The notes: generated from the letters alone by a model not told the origin. A stretch of 63,859 bases of DNA, filler included, from Reclinomonas americana ATCC 50394 (GCA_048213135.1; 4 parts of 2 records of this genome joined end to end with filler, not necessarily neighbours in it), one strand, 5' to 3'. Numbered from the whole stretch's first letter, positions 43,722 to 56,720 are shown. A program made the numbers and translations.

Positions 43722-46106
43722 ATGGCTGCAGCTGCACCGTTGCGTCTCACTCACCTCTCTCTCTCTCTCTCTCTCACTCATTCACCCTTCTCTGTCTTCC
43801 GTGTTGTCAGTCTGCATGACAGCGACGCGGATAGCGACGAATGCATGTTGCGCATTGTGAAGGCCATTCTGCGCCCGTGCACACGTGCGCTGCAAGTGAA
43901 ACTCGAGCAAGTGTTGCCGTCATTCCGCGCAGAGCATATTGCAGAGGCTGATCATGTGGTCGAGTGGGGAAAGGCGGTGGATGCACGGAATGTGTGGTTC
44001 GTCGCAACTCACACTGATGTCGCCCTGTGCTCTCGAAGACAGTCGAGCTGTTGTTTGCTGCATGTGTTGTCTCTCTCTCTCTCTCACACACACACTCTCT
44101 CTTCCTCTCTTCTTGTCTCTTTTCCCGCTTCGTCTGCCTTCATTACCCGACTCGTCACCCTTTATCCGTCACACATACACACTCTTTTCTGTTCTCTCTC
44201 TCACACACACTTTCTCTTTCTTTCTTTCTTTTTTTCATTTCTTTCTCTCTCTCTCCCTCTCTCTCTCCCTTTGCGCTCACTCTTCGCGTTTCCAGCACCA
44301 AGCCTGGTGGCGGCGTGCCTGCGAACATGGATATGCAGCAGGAGACCGTGCGCAACTGGCTCGCAGCTGCCGCCGCATCGCCCGGCGGTCCAGCCGATTT
44401 CCGCATGTTTGATGCCACTCTGTGCATTTCTATTCTGCGCTTTGCCGCTCATCTTTCGGCGGCCCCCAAGAGCGTCACCTGCTATATGATTGCACGTGGC
44501 AGTGCTGAGGTGCGTCGAGGGAAGCTGATGTTCTTGAACTGCGCCGTCAGCGGCTGTCGCGTTTGGGCTTCCTTCTCCACGATTGATGTCGCTCCGTCTC
44601 GCTTTGGGGTGCTTTGAATTAGTGTCTCAAGATGTGCCTTGCCGAAGCCCTCTCTTTCTCTCTCCCTCTCTCTCTCTCTCTCCGTTCCCCTCTCTCCCAA
44701 TGCGCTTCGCACCCTGCCTCGCTCTTCCTGTTTTGCTTCTCCAATGTCATCATGCTCGAAGCGCGATTGCTTGTTCCTGATCGTGGCCTCTTCTCCTCCT
44801 GTCGTGCAGCTCCGCGCCATCGAAGAGCTGCGCGACTGGCGTAACAAGGTGCACGAGTTGCACCGACAAGGATCATTGCGTATTTCTTTTCACAAGTTGC
44901 TCGGCGACCGGGTCGCGGGGAGGGATGAAGGTGAGCTGCATAGGCTTGTGCGCGCTTTGCAACTTGGTCCGGCCGCCACTGCCGAGTTGGTCGATCTGCT
45001 GAATGACGCGCGCGAAGGTGAGAGACAATTCACTTGATTATCTTTGCTTTTTTTGTGAGTGCCTCTAGCGAGAGAGTGAGAGAGGCAGTGCGTTGACTGC
45101 GTGCAATCAGAGTGTGTGCGCGCGTGTGTGCGTGTGTGTTTGAGTGGGTGTCTAGAGTTCAAAGAGAGTTGTGTTTGTTTGTGCGTATGGCTACGTACCT
45201 CGGCGCTGTGACTTGCTGACTTTCGAGCCGTGTAGGCTCACTCCATCGAGACGCGACCGTCGAGCTGCTGAGAGAGGTATGCTTTCCCTGCAGCATCAAG
45301 CGAGGAACAGTCTCTCTTGTCACTCACGCTGTGCGATATGGCAGCTTCGTGACGACAGTAAGCATGACCACGAAATCGTTATCGATGAGGTGCGTACTCT
45401 TGGTCTTCTCCCTCCCCCACGTGATGATGTCACCTCACGCTGTGTTGTCTTTCCAGCTTCGCGACGGCTTCCACGACAGTCGAAGTGCACACGAGCACGT
45501 ACGTTCGCTGCTCTCCAGCCGACACCCATTCGAGCGAACTTATCGTATTCTTATCTCGCTGTCGCATGTAGATTATTCATTTATTGGTGCGCGTACTGGA
45601 GCGACTGGAGTTGTCTGGTCGGGTTTGAGGAGTCACACTTGTGGACCTTCGTAACGCTTGTATTTATTCTTTATCGTACAGGCTCGCCTTTGACGCCTGT
45701 GTATTCTCCACTGTCACCGGCCACTGCTTTTGGATCCCCATTTGGTATCGTGGCCAGCACCATCGAACAAGTGAAGACGTTCCGCTTTCCGAGCCGCGAG
45801 AGACTCGCCAAGGAACATGCCAGACTCATACTGGATCACATGCGTGGTGTGTAGTGTGTTTTTCTTCTCTCGTCTGTTTTCTGCCACATTGGGCTCGTTG
45901 TCTAATGCCGCTTCACTATCGGTACGTAGGCAACGAGTCTATGCCCATTGTTGTTGTCATCTCGGGAAATGGTGGCTGTGGCAAGTCGTTCCTTGCCCAT
46001 CTAATTGTCTCGGAAATGAGGACGTCGCCCACTCGACCGCGCTGGAAAGGCTCTGCCATGTCAGTGGACATGCGCGGCCACGTAGCCGATGCGCAGAAGC
46101 ACATGC

Positions 46107-46165
<59 letters not shown>

Positions 46166-48756
46166 TGTGTGTGTAAACGCGTGTGGAGTAAGTACCTGGT
46201 CAGCTTGATGTCTGATACTCGCGCACGACAAGGCCCTGGATTCGTTGGTGACTTGCCTGCGCGCATTCGCCTCCAAGCAAATGGTGAACGATGTCACAAG
46301 TGCCAACCGTCTGGAGCGTGAGATCGACTCGATGGTCAGGGATGGTAATATTGACTCCCTGAGACATCGGTTGCGGAAACTGATGGTGGATTCGTGCGGC
46401 GTATTGCTTCTTGACAATGTCGGCTCTGTTGAACAAGTTTGCTCCGTGACCATGGATCCGTTGGGTTAGTTGATCTGGTTCTTGGTACTGTTCCGTCCCC
46501 TCATGAAGAGTGCTTACGGAAACTCTCGTATTGCAGAAGAGGAAATGGTCGCACCAGTGGTGATTGTCACGACGCGACATGCGTGGCTTCCCGAAGACCT
46601 GACGTACCGCGTGTCAGTGGCGGCCGAGGTCATGTCAGTCTCCTTGGTTGCCGAGGTGGATGTCGGCGATGTCATCGTTCTTGCCGAATCGGCACGCAGA
46701 AAGCTGCCTATGACTCCGGAAGTATTCGGTCGTGTTGCCGAGGCGTTGAAGAGCACCGAGCGCAGTCCACTTCTACTTAACGCTTGCGTCGGGTACACTC
46801 GCGTCCTGTAGTTTCCTGTCTACTACCCCGCCATCTTACCTTTCCTGATTCCTCGCCAGTTGGCTGTTGAGATGCCCGCCGGCCCAGTTCATCGGCAGGG
46901 AGCTGGATGTCACGCTGGACAACATTCGCAGAGCTGCTGTGGCCGAACACCTCAAGTACAACATCATGTCACAGACGCCACCGGCACGGCAGCTCTTGGT
47001 GCTGATCACAGCGTGCAAGCAGCTCGGCATCAGTGTCACGCCAGCATTTGTGCGGCTCGCACTCGGCACTGTCGGTATCTTTCCAGACATTGAGTTGGCT
47101 GGTGGTGTCCATGGTGCGGTCAGCGCAGCTGCTGGTGCGGCATCTGCACAGCTAGTGGTGTGTGAGCGGCTATGTGATGACCATCACGCTGAGACGATTG
47201 CCGGTCGTCTGCTGGAGCTCAGCGAGCTCGTGCATCGAGTGTCACTGCATGAGATGGCGCTAGAGCGGCGTCAGAGAGCACCGGATGTCATTGGTGACGA
47301 GTTGCAGTTCGAGGAACTCACCGACGAGGCGGTGGCCGCAATGCGGCGGCGAATTGCGACGCTGAACTGTGCAGGCGATTACGGTGCAATCGATGACCTG
47401 CTGGTGGCACTGTGTCACACGAATCTGGCCACGATGGCCCGTTCAAACAGCAGAGATGTCATGGCACAAATGCTGCGTCTGGGAGACGAGCGGGTACAAA
47501 ATTGTGGTACCGATTATCGCCTGCATGACGAGTACGTCGAATGGATAACGGCGGCTGGTGGCGGTGTGGCCGTGTCCCGTGCCAAGCGCTTGATTGTCTC
47601 CCTCGTGTGTTGCACGCTGTTATGTATCGACATTGTGAACGACAGCAGCAGAGTGCTGCTGGTGTCGCGCGGCATGTCCGATGTGCTCAGCACTCTGTGG
47701 CAGCATCTGGCCGACGATGACGCGCTCTGGGTCGGTCAGCAGTCACTGTTGCTGGTGTGGGGTGCGGTGGAGTGGATGTCGCGACAGCTCGCAGTTTTGC
47801 GGCTACCTGCCCGTGGATTTGACAAGGATCATGGGAGGCGATTGGCTGAACGAGTGATGGGATGGGACGCCACGTCTGTGCCGGAGAACAGTGCGCTCGG
47901 GCGTCGCATGCGAATCGCGCAGCAGCAGTCCTTGGCGCAGCTGTGGTTCTTCTTGGACCAATTGGAGGACAGGAAAGGGGCGTGGCAGCGCGCGAGAGAA
48001 CTGTACGCCATCGTTGACGAACACAGTCGCTACCGGTGCGATGTGCTGCAGCGGATCGACGCGCTGCGGTGCGGCATGTGGCACGAATTTGCCAAGCTCG
48101 ACCACGACGGCATGCAGCGGTGTTGGGAAGAGCAATGCGCAGCTCTTGGCGAGTACCACCCTGAGACTGTTCGCACGCTGTTCTCCCATGCGCAGACCTA
48201 CGAAAAGGTCAACAAGTTTGTCGAAGCTGAGGCCCTGCATCGAAGATGTCTGGAGTACCGACAGCTGGTGCTCGGCGATGATCACGGCGATACTCTCACC
48301 TCCATCCTCAACGTGGCCTTTTGCATCCAGGCCCTTGAACGACTGGTGGAGAAGGTGGACATGTACCGTCGTTGCGTGGATGGACGGCGGAGCACTCTCG
48401 GTATCGAGCACCCGGAGACGTTGACGGCCACGAATAACCTGGCATGGAATCTCATGAAGCTGGCTACGGACGCGGCCCGCAACGAGGCGTGCAGTCTGCT
48501 GCTCGAGTGCCTCAATACGCGACGACGACTCCTGGGCGACCGGCACGAACGAACGCTCAACACCATGTTCATCTACGCCTCGACGCTGATGGATACGGGC
48601 GACGAGCGGCTACCAGAGTCGAAAACACTGCTGGAGGAGTGTCTGGAGGGCTGTTTGAAGGTGCACGGAGAAGATCACGAGAACACGACGGAGGCCAGAC
48701 GATGTTTGGAGGAGTGTCGGCAGAAGATGCAACAGAGGGAGAAGGGTGAGGAGTGA
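43722..48756 (+). CDS. NLR-like STAND protein paralog 2 (same architecture)
   Basis: Same MAAAAP start and shared intron positions; FRMFDATLCISIL...IEELRDWRNKVHELH; GNGGCGKS; LLLDNV; VVIVTTR; RSPLLL; TPRs LGEYHPET, LGDDHGDT, LGIEHPETLTATNNLA, HGEDHENT. Confidence 0.85.
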
Positions 48757-48876
48757 GTGTTAATAATCAATGTACTTATAGAATGCGAGAAGAGGGCGGT
48801 CGACGGACGATGCCGGGAGAAGTCGCTGTCCCATCATGCACACCACACTTTTCAATCTCGTACACAAGCAACGACC

Positions 48877-48919
48877 ATGGGCGACGAGAACCCTTTCCAG
48901 CAGCTCTTTATGGATGGTT

Positions 48920-48958
<39 letters not shown>

Positions 48959-49516
48959 TNNNNNNNNNNNNNNNNNNNNNNNNNNNNNNNNNNNNNNNNN
49001 NNNNNNNNNNNNNNNNNNNNNNNNNNNNNNNNNNNNNNNNNNNNNNNNNNNNNNNNNNNNNNNNNNNNNNNNNNNNNNNNNNNNNNNNNNNNNNNNNNNN
49101 NNNNNNNNNNNNNNNNNNNNNNNNNNNNNNNNNNNNNNNNNNNCTCTCTCTCTCTGTATGCGTTGACTCACTTCCGACAATTGTTTGCTCCTCACTGCGC
49201 AGCCATCCACATGCGATGGTGAGTTGTTGTCATATGCTGCAGAGGCAAACACACAGCAGAGAGAGACATGTGCATCTCGTTTGAGCTTTTGCAGCGTGAG
49301 ATGCCAGCAGGATTCTCCCTTGCTGCAGATGCACATGTCCTCCTCCTTCACTCAACGCTCACTCACTTGCTTGCTCTCTCTCGCAGCCACGAGCAGTTCA
49401 AGAGCGCTCATGAGTGCCAGACGCGTCATGAGAGGTGTGTTGTTGTCAGTATGTCTGACGAGCAGTGTGCATGTGTGTATGTGTGTGAGTGTGTGTGTGT
49501 GTGTGTGTCTCTCTCT

Positions 49517-49555
<39 letters not shown>

Positions 49556-50144
49556 CCTGTTGCACTTGTGTCTTGCCGCTGAACTCTTTGTGCTCTTCCT
49601 GTGCGTTGTCCCTCTCACTCTCTCTCCGTGTGTGTGTGTGTGTATGTGTGTGTGTGTGTGCATGCATCCTCAATTATAGGCTTGTGTGGTGACAGGAACC
49701 CGAAGGACCTCGAACGGTTGTGCACTCGCGAGTTCACGACTGCACGCAACTGCGTGATGGAGATGTTGCGATGATGGGATATGGAGAGGGGAGGGACAGA
49801 AGAAAGACGGGCAGGCGAATAGTGGCTCCTTCGTCAACTTGCAGACTCACAGCGTGATCGTGACACTCTTCTGCTGCCTCTGCAACTTGTTCCACATGCT
49901 TTCTCGCGTCTCTCGCACTTGGACTCAGTGCACTTTTATGTTATTTCTTTGCTCCACCTGCACCCTCGAGTGCCAAACAGCGCGGGTCTCTGCAGAGTTG
50001 CTGCAAAGGGTGTCACATCGCGATCTCCCTCTCTCCCACTCTCTCACTCTCAGTCTCCCCGCCGGCTTGCTGCATTGGTGCTCCACGTATTGGCAGTCCC
50101 CTGTTGTTCTCTCGCAGACGCTTTCTTTCTCTTTTCTTCTCTCG

Positions 50145-50185
<41 letters not shown>

Positions 50186-50565
50186 GTCTCTCACACTCGC
50201 CGCGCCTATCACATCTGCATTCACGTCACACGCCTCGCCAACTTGCTCTCCCTCGCACTTTTCCAGCTTCATTGCCCTCTGTCTCATGTGCAACCTCCAG
50301 TGCTGCTATTTGAATCCCTTCCACCTGTTATCTCTTGTCTCTGTTACTCGCCTCTTCTGATGTGCTGCTCTCGTCTCCTTCACCCTCCCCTCACCATCCT
50401 CTCCCTCTCACGCGCAGGGGCATGGAGTTGCAACGAAGATGCAACTCGGCCGCCGAGCGCATGGTGCAGTGCATCGAGCGAAACGGCAGCAAGCGCTCGG
50501 ACGAGTGCGACAAGGCCGTCATGGACTACGTGTCGTGTGTCACAGACTTTGCGGAGAACAAGTGA
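48877..50565 (+). CDS. Four-CX9C mitochondrial intermembrane-space protein (CHCHD5/Mix14-like)
   Basis: 5 exons give MGDENPFQQLFMDAIHMR-CHEQFKSAHEC-QTRHERNPKDLERL-CTREFTTARNC-VMEMGMELQRR-CNSAAERMVQC-IERNGSKRSDE-CDKAVMDYVSC-VTDFAENK*; requires the GTTGCG donor at 49765. Confidence 0.75.
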
Positions 50566-51834
50566 GATGGGATGAGTGGAGAAAGATGCAAGTTGCATTA
50601 TAGTTGGCAGCACGCACTCTCGCGTTCTGCGGGTTGAATATAGTTACCTGTAAGCGTGCGATACATTGTGGGTCACGTGAAGGAGCACAGGCCCGTGTCG
50701 AGGACTCACTTGCTGTTGCCTCTCCTGTGTGAAGGGTTAACAGTTGGTGAATGATGCTTATGGATGCAGCGTTGAAGGAGCACGGGTTCCGGTCGAGGGT
50801 GCTCATTATGTTGCTTGTTTCTGCAACTGTGGAGGGTTAACGTCGAGATTGTAGTGGTGAATAGCCTTGGGCAGTGTCTCATGGATACAGCGTTGAAGGG
50901 GTGTGTGTTCGGATCAATTGTGTTGTGGTGAAGGGCCAAGGTCGAGATTGCTGAGGTGAAGAATTTTTGTTTGCTGTCTCATGCATACAGCGATGAACGG
51001 GCACGGGTCTGAATCAAGCGTTCTGGTTGCTTCTTTCTGCAGCTGTGAAGGGTCAAGTTCACGACTGTGTTGTGACGAGCCTTGGATTCCGTTTCATGGA
51101 TGCAACTTTGATGGAGCGCGGGCTCGGGTGTAGGGTGCTCATCTCGTTGCTTCTTCAGCGATGCTGAAGGGCCAAGGTCGGGATTGCTAAGGTAAAGAGC
51201 CTTTAGTGCCGTTTCGTGGACGCATGTTTGAAGGTTCAAGGGTCACGGTTAACACTGCGGGGAATTCGACGAATGCGCAACACCAGCACTTTATTCCTTC
51301 TGGGATCTGGTCGTGTATGGCTATGGTAATGCAGCTAAGATGTCGTCGCCACCGCTGCTGCTGCTGCTCTCGCTTCTGTTGCTGGTGTTGTTGTGCTGTA
51401 GTTGCTGCGCTGCTTGCTTCAGTTGTTGTTGCTGTTACGGATGCCTCTCCTTCTGCAGTCAGGCAGTTGTTGTTGTTGTCGTCATCGTAAGCTCCTGCTC
51501 TCCCTTTGCCAATTGCGTTAGTGGTGTCGTTGCTGCTGCTTCGGATACTGATCCTTCTGCAGTCAGGCAGTTGTTATTATCGAAGTCGTTGCTTCTCTTG
51601 CTGCTCTTGCTGCAGCTATTGTTATTGTTCCTGCAACATGCTGGTGTTGTTGTTGTACACGTCGCAGTTCAGTTGCTGCTGCTTTGCTATTTGCATTAGT
51701 CGTGTCGTTGCTGCTGCAAAGGGTGCTGCTCCTGCTGCAGTGTGCTCCTGGCAGTTATTGTCATCGAGTCGTTCGATTCCTTCTAGAATTNNNNNNNNNN
51801 NNNNNNNNNNNNNNNNNNNNNNNNNNNNNNNNNN

Positions 51835-51846
51835 TTAATTAATTAA
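51835..51846. other. Artificial contig-join spacer TTAATTAATTAA
   Basis: Same 12-mer within an N block. Confidence 0.95.
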
Positions 51847-52000
51847 NNNNNNNNNNNNNNNNNNNNNNNNNNNNNNNNNNNNNNNNNNNNTACCCGTACC
51901 CCGTCCCCGTCCGTCCGTACGTAGGTTGGTTTGGTTCGGTCGGTCGGTAGTAGTCGACTTTACTTTCGTTTCGTTTCGTTTCTTCGTCTACTACGTAGTC

Positions 52001-52050
<50 letters not shown>

Positions 52051-52311
52051 TGTATGTGTGTGTATCCCTCTCTTCCCCTTCCTCGTCATCTTTCTCGCTT
52101 CTTCTCTCCATTTTTCCCTCTCTCCCTCTTCCTCTTGTCTCTTTCCCCCTCACTTCCCACCTTCTCTACCCCTCCATCCCCTCCTTCCTCCTTCCCCCTT
52201 TTTCCCCTCCTTTCTTCCTCCACTTTTCCTCCTTTTCCTCCCTTTCCCTCTTTCCCTTCCCATCCGTCCCCTCTTTCTCCCCTTTCCCTTCTCTTCCCCT
52301 TCGTTTCGCAG

Positions 52312-55300
52312 ACATGCCGGCCGACGGAGAAGTCCCCCTCTCGCGCGTGGTCAGCGATGCCTGTGAGAGCTTTCGTTGCGTGCACAGCACAGCAGGTGGC
52401 GTTTGCGCCATGCAATCTCGTCGGTGACTTTCATCGCTGTTCATCCCTCTCTTCGCGATCACAATCCTCTCCCTTTTCCTCTTTTCTCCTCTCTCTTTTC
52501 CTCTTTTCTCCTCTCCCTTCTCCTCTTTATGGCCTCCACTCCCTTCTCCTCTTTGCCTCCTCTCCCTTCTCCTCTTTGCCTCCACTCCCTTCTCCTCTTA
52601 GCCTCTTCCCCCTTCTCCCTTCGCCTCCTCTCCCCTTCTCCTCTTTGCCTCCTCTCCCTTTCCTCTTTATCGCCTTCTCTCCCTTCTCCCCTTCTCCTCC
52701 TCTCCCTTCTCCTCTTCGCCTCCTCTCCCCTCTCCTTCTTTTGCGACTTTCTCACTGGCCGGGCGCGCAGAGAGCTTTGTCAAAGTGCTGCGAAAAGAAT
52801 TCGCGATCCACTCGACGCAGTGGAGCGACGACGCCGAGACGCTACGAGTGTGGCGTCAATTGATGCACCTCCTGCAGCGTCCGCCTGGTGAGTTTTCATG
52901 CACTCCCAACATGCATGCACAACCCCATACTCACTCTTCTGCCATCGCAGCCTTTGTTGGTACGATGCCCGTCGCCATCATCACCGACTCGGTCGCCCTC
53001 CTCACCCTCCCTCCCTCCCTCCCCCCGCAGCCCCTCTGACGCCCGACATTAGACTGCACCAACTGAACGAGTACTGGTCCGTTCATCGTGACGCTCCACC
53101 GCTGTCTCCGATTGGCGACTGGTCAGTGCGCTCGCATGCTGCCATCGCCTCGCCTGTCTCCGATGAGGAGGAGGCCTTGTCGGCTCCTCTGCTGTGCGCT
53201 GCGTGGAACGCGGATGGTACGCAACTGTGGATCGGCTTCGAGAATGGCTGCCTCGGTGTCATGCCAGTCGGCTCCACCGACATTCATCTTGTGTATCGCT
53301 TTGGCGAGCTGCCACTGATCGGTCTGCGCTTCGTCACACGCGAGGTGCTGCTCGTGCAACAAGACTCGTCGCTGCGCCTGGCCGTGTTGGCGACAACGGT
53401 TGCCGACGACGGTGTCGCATACACTACCGTGATTGAGTGCCCGCCTCTGGTGATCCCCAGCAGTGTGTTCAGTCATGCGTTGGAGGTGCAGCCGCTGGAT
53501 CGCTCGCTCGTGCGCTTCGCCTGCGGTTTCGACCGCAGACGCCTGCTGCTTCTCGGTACGTCTCGCCCTCATCACCTTTGTTTATAATCCTCGCTCACAT
53601 GACTACAGAAATCGATCGTGGACTGCTGCAGCTCCACCCGTCCCCCGTGTGCATCACCGACGACCACATGACTGCCTTCTCCGTGGCTCCCGCCCTCGGC
53701 TTGGTGGCCGTGGGACTGGAAGTGGTTGGCAAGCAGTTCCAGCCGTTTTGCGTCGACGTGTACCGCTTGCATGTCACCATGCCGCCACCGATTCTTTGGT
53801 GCAAGCTGCACGCGCCGATGGCTGGGTTCAACAGGCCGCCGGGTGTGCTCGTACAACTCTGCTGGTCTCCCGACGCGTCGTCGCTGCTTGGCGTCTCCGA
53901 GAGCGGCCATCTGTCGTTGTGGCGGGAGATCGAGCGGCCGAGTCAGAAGATTGGCGAGGTGGTGCGGCTGGAGTGTGCGGTTGGCGCAGTGGCCTGGTCG
54001 CCGTGTGGATCGGTGATTGCAGTCTCTCACCGCGAGGGCGAGGCGGGACAATTGTCTCTTCTCAGCGCCCGGACGCTGGAAGTGATTCGCGTGTTTGACG
54101 TGTGTTCACCACCGCTGTCGTCTCGCTTGCTATCGTTCTCGGCGGATGGCCTCCGATTGGCCGCCGGCGACATTACCGGAGCCGTGCACTTACTGGAGTG
54201 TGCCTTGACTGACGAAGTGCCGGCTGTGATTGTCGCCGTGGCGATGGACAGTGCAAGCGGCAGCGGTGGCGACGCCGCCGCATCACACAAGGGCGGCAAG
54301 AAGGCTGGCAAGAGCAAGGCGGCGGCGGCCGCGGCCGCGGCGAATGACGATGGTAAGTTGAAGTCAGCTGATCTCGTTTTTCAGTCTTCCTTTTATTGAT
54401 GTGTCGAAGCAGATTTGGACTTGCTGCTGGCTGATTTGGTCGATCGTCCCGCGGCAAAGGCGACAACTGCAGGAGACAAGCGCAAGAAGAAGCCGGAGCC
54501 ACGAAAGCAGGAAGAGCATCAGCAGCCGAAAGACACGAAGAAGAAGCCGAAGGAGAAACAACCGTCTGGCGCGCGAGAGTCAACTGCCTCCGCCGCCGCT
54601 GCTGTTGCCACGCCACCTACTGTGGCTGCTGCGGCCGCTGCGGTGTCGCCTTCTTCTTCTATTGACGCGACGGCGGTCGACGTGGAGTCATTTGTGGCGG
54701 TGGAGGCGCGTCGCCCGCGGGGTCGGAAGCGTGTCGAGGAGGCCAGCCCGGTGGATACTCTGGCGACGGCGGCTTCCGAAAAGTCAGCGACACCACCACC
54801 ACCTCCTTCTGAGGAGGCTGTTCCTGCAGATTCACCCCTCGTGCCGGCACCTTCGGTGGAGAGGGTGGAGGAAGGTGTCGCTGAACCCGTCGCTTCCGAA
54901 CCATTGCCAGCATCGCCAAAGAAGAAGGCTGGTGGCAAGAAGGCGCGAGCGGCAACACCACCACCGCCACCTCCACCGCCGCATCCGGAAGAAGCGGTGT
55001 CTGTGGCCTCTGCGGAACCGGTGGCTTCCGTGCCCGTGCGGGCATTGCCGCCAAAGAAGGACGCTGGCGAGGAGAAGGCGCGATCAGCAACGCCACCCCC
55101 GCCACCGCCACCGCCACAGCCGCGGCCGGAAGAAGTGGCTGCATCTGTGGCCCCTGCGGAACCGGTGGCTTCTGAGCCGTTGCCTGCATCGCCCAAGAAG
55201 AAGGCTGGCGGGAAGAAGGCGCGGTCGGCAACACCGCCGCCGCCGCCGCAGCCGGAAGAAGTGGCTGCGCCTGCAGCTCCTCCAATCGTGCCGCTGCCTC

Positions 55301-56585
55301 CCGTCGAGTCGGTGCAGCCCGCGCCGCCGAAAAAGGCTGGCGGCAAGAAAGGGTGGGGATCTGCCGATGCTGCGAGTTGGAACCGGCCAGCAGAAACAGT
55401 GTCGGTGTCTCCGCAGCTCCCGCCGGCCGAGGCAGCCGGCTCGGGTGTACCGCCAGTGGCCGTTCCTGATCAGCCTGCCGCGGCTGCGCCAGGTGAATGC
55501 GCGTTCACCTCTTTGCTGTTCACTTGTTTTTGGTACTCACTTGGGGTCTCGTTGCAGCTGGTGGACGTAGCGGAGGCCGTGAGTGGAAACCACTGCATGT
55601 GTTGGAGCCGGCGAGTGGTTTTGTGCATGCGGTGGCCTTTGGTGGTCCTCGGCCGATGCTCGTGTCGGCGTGCGGTCAGTTCAAAGTGCACTTGTGGGAT
55701 CTTGCGCCACCGAATGCTGCCGGTGACTCGTCTGCCGCCGCCGCCGCCGCCGCTTCCGCTGCCCCACGATTGCTGCAGATTGTGGAGTGCCCGGATGTTC
55801 CGCTGTCGGTGTCGTGGCATCCGCAGGGCACCGCCGTGGCCGTTGGTCTGTTCAGCGGCGCGGTGATGGTGCAGCAGTTGGTGACGCGGATGTTTACGAC
55901 CGAGTTGAAACTGCTGCCGCGACAGCCTACCGTTGTGCACACGCGTGGCGTGTATGGTGTGTCGTACACTGGGGACGGCAGTTTGCTGGCCACCGGCTCT
56001 GCCGACGGCACGGTGTGCATCTATCGTGGCGCGAGTCTGTACAAGAACTATTACAGGAGCAGTGACGTGGAGGATCCGTCGCGCGGTGTCTTCCGTGTGC
56101 AGTTTAGCCCGTCGGCCATTTGCGTGGCGGCTGCGTGCATCGACGGGAGCGTGCGCGTGTTTGAGACAGAATCGTTGATGGAGTTGTACCAGCTGCGCGG
56201 ACATTCGCAGATGGTGTACGGAGTGTCGTGGAGTCCCGACAGCGAGCTGCTGGCTTCGTCCTCCTCTGACGGCACGGTGTTGCTGCACTCGAGTGCCACG
56301 CAAGATGTGGTGCGCCAACTCGCCGGTCGCGAGTCCAAGTGGCTGCGGGAGGTGGCGTGGTCGCCAGATGGACGACACATTGTGGCGGGCTCATTTGACG
56401 AGTGTGCACTGCTGTGGGACGCGGCAAGTGGCGACCTCGTGGACAGCGTCTCCGAAGCGCCACTTGGACGGCGTCGAGTCGACTGGGTGGCGGCCGTCAT
56501 GTCGGTGTCGTGGTCGGCAGACGGGCGCCAATTCGCCACCGGCTCGTGCGACGGCACTGTCAAGATTTACGCGCTGGCGCGGTGA
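52312..56585 (+). CDS. WD40-repeat protein: degenerate N-terminal propeller, Pro/Ala/Lys-rich linker, C-terminal WD40 propeller (5' end uncertain)
   Basis: LCAAWNADGTQLWIGFENG, LCWSPDASSLLGVSESGHLSLW, HTRGVYGVSYTGDGSLLATGSADGTVCIY, LRGHSQMVYGVSWSPDSELLASSSSDGTVLL, SVSWSADGRQFATGSCDGTVKIY. Confidence 0.85.
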
Positions 56586-56720
56586 CACAACAACAACTAG
56601 TAACAACTACACGGATACAATTTGTTTTGCAATGCAATAATCAATCAGCACACACTCAGACATAAAACATTAATCGTCTTTCTCTCCCTCTTGCTCTATA
56701 AAGATTGGCTATTGCTCGAT

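Noticed and set aside
51891-52000. Odd stuttering sequence (cgtc, ggtt, tagt, ttcg), similar at 20-110
   Set aside because: Resembles low-quality read-end noise at contig edges next to microsatellites.
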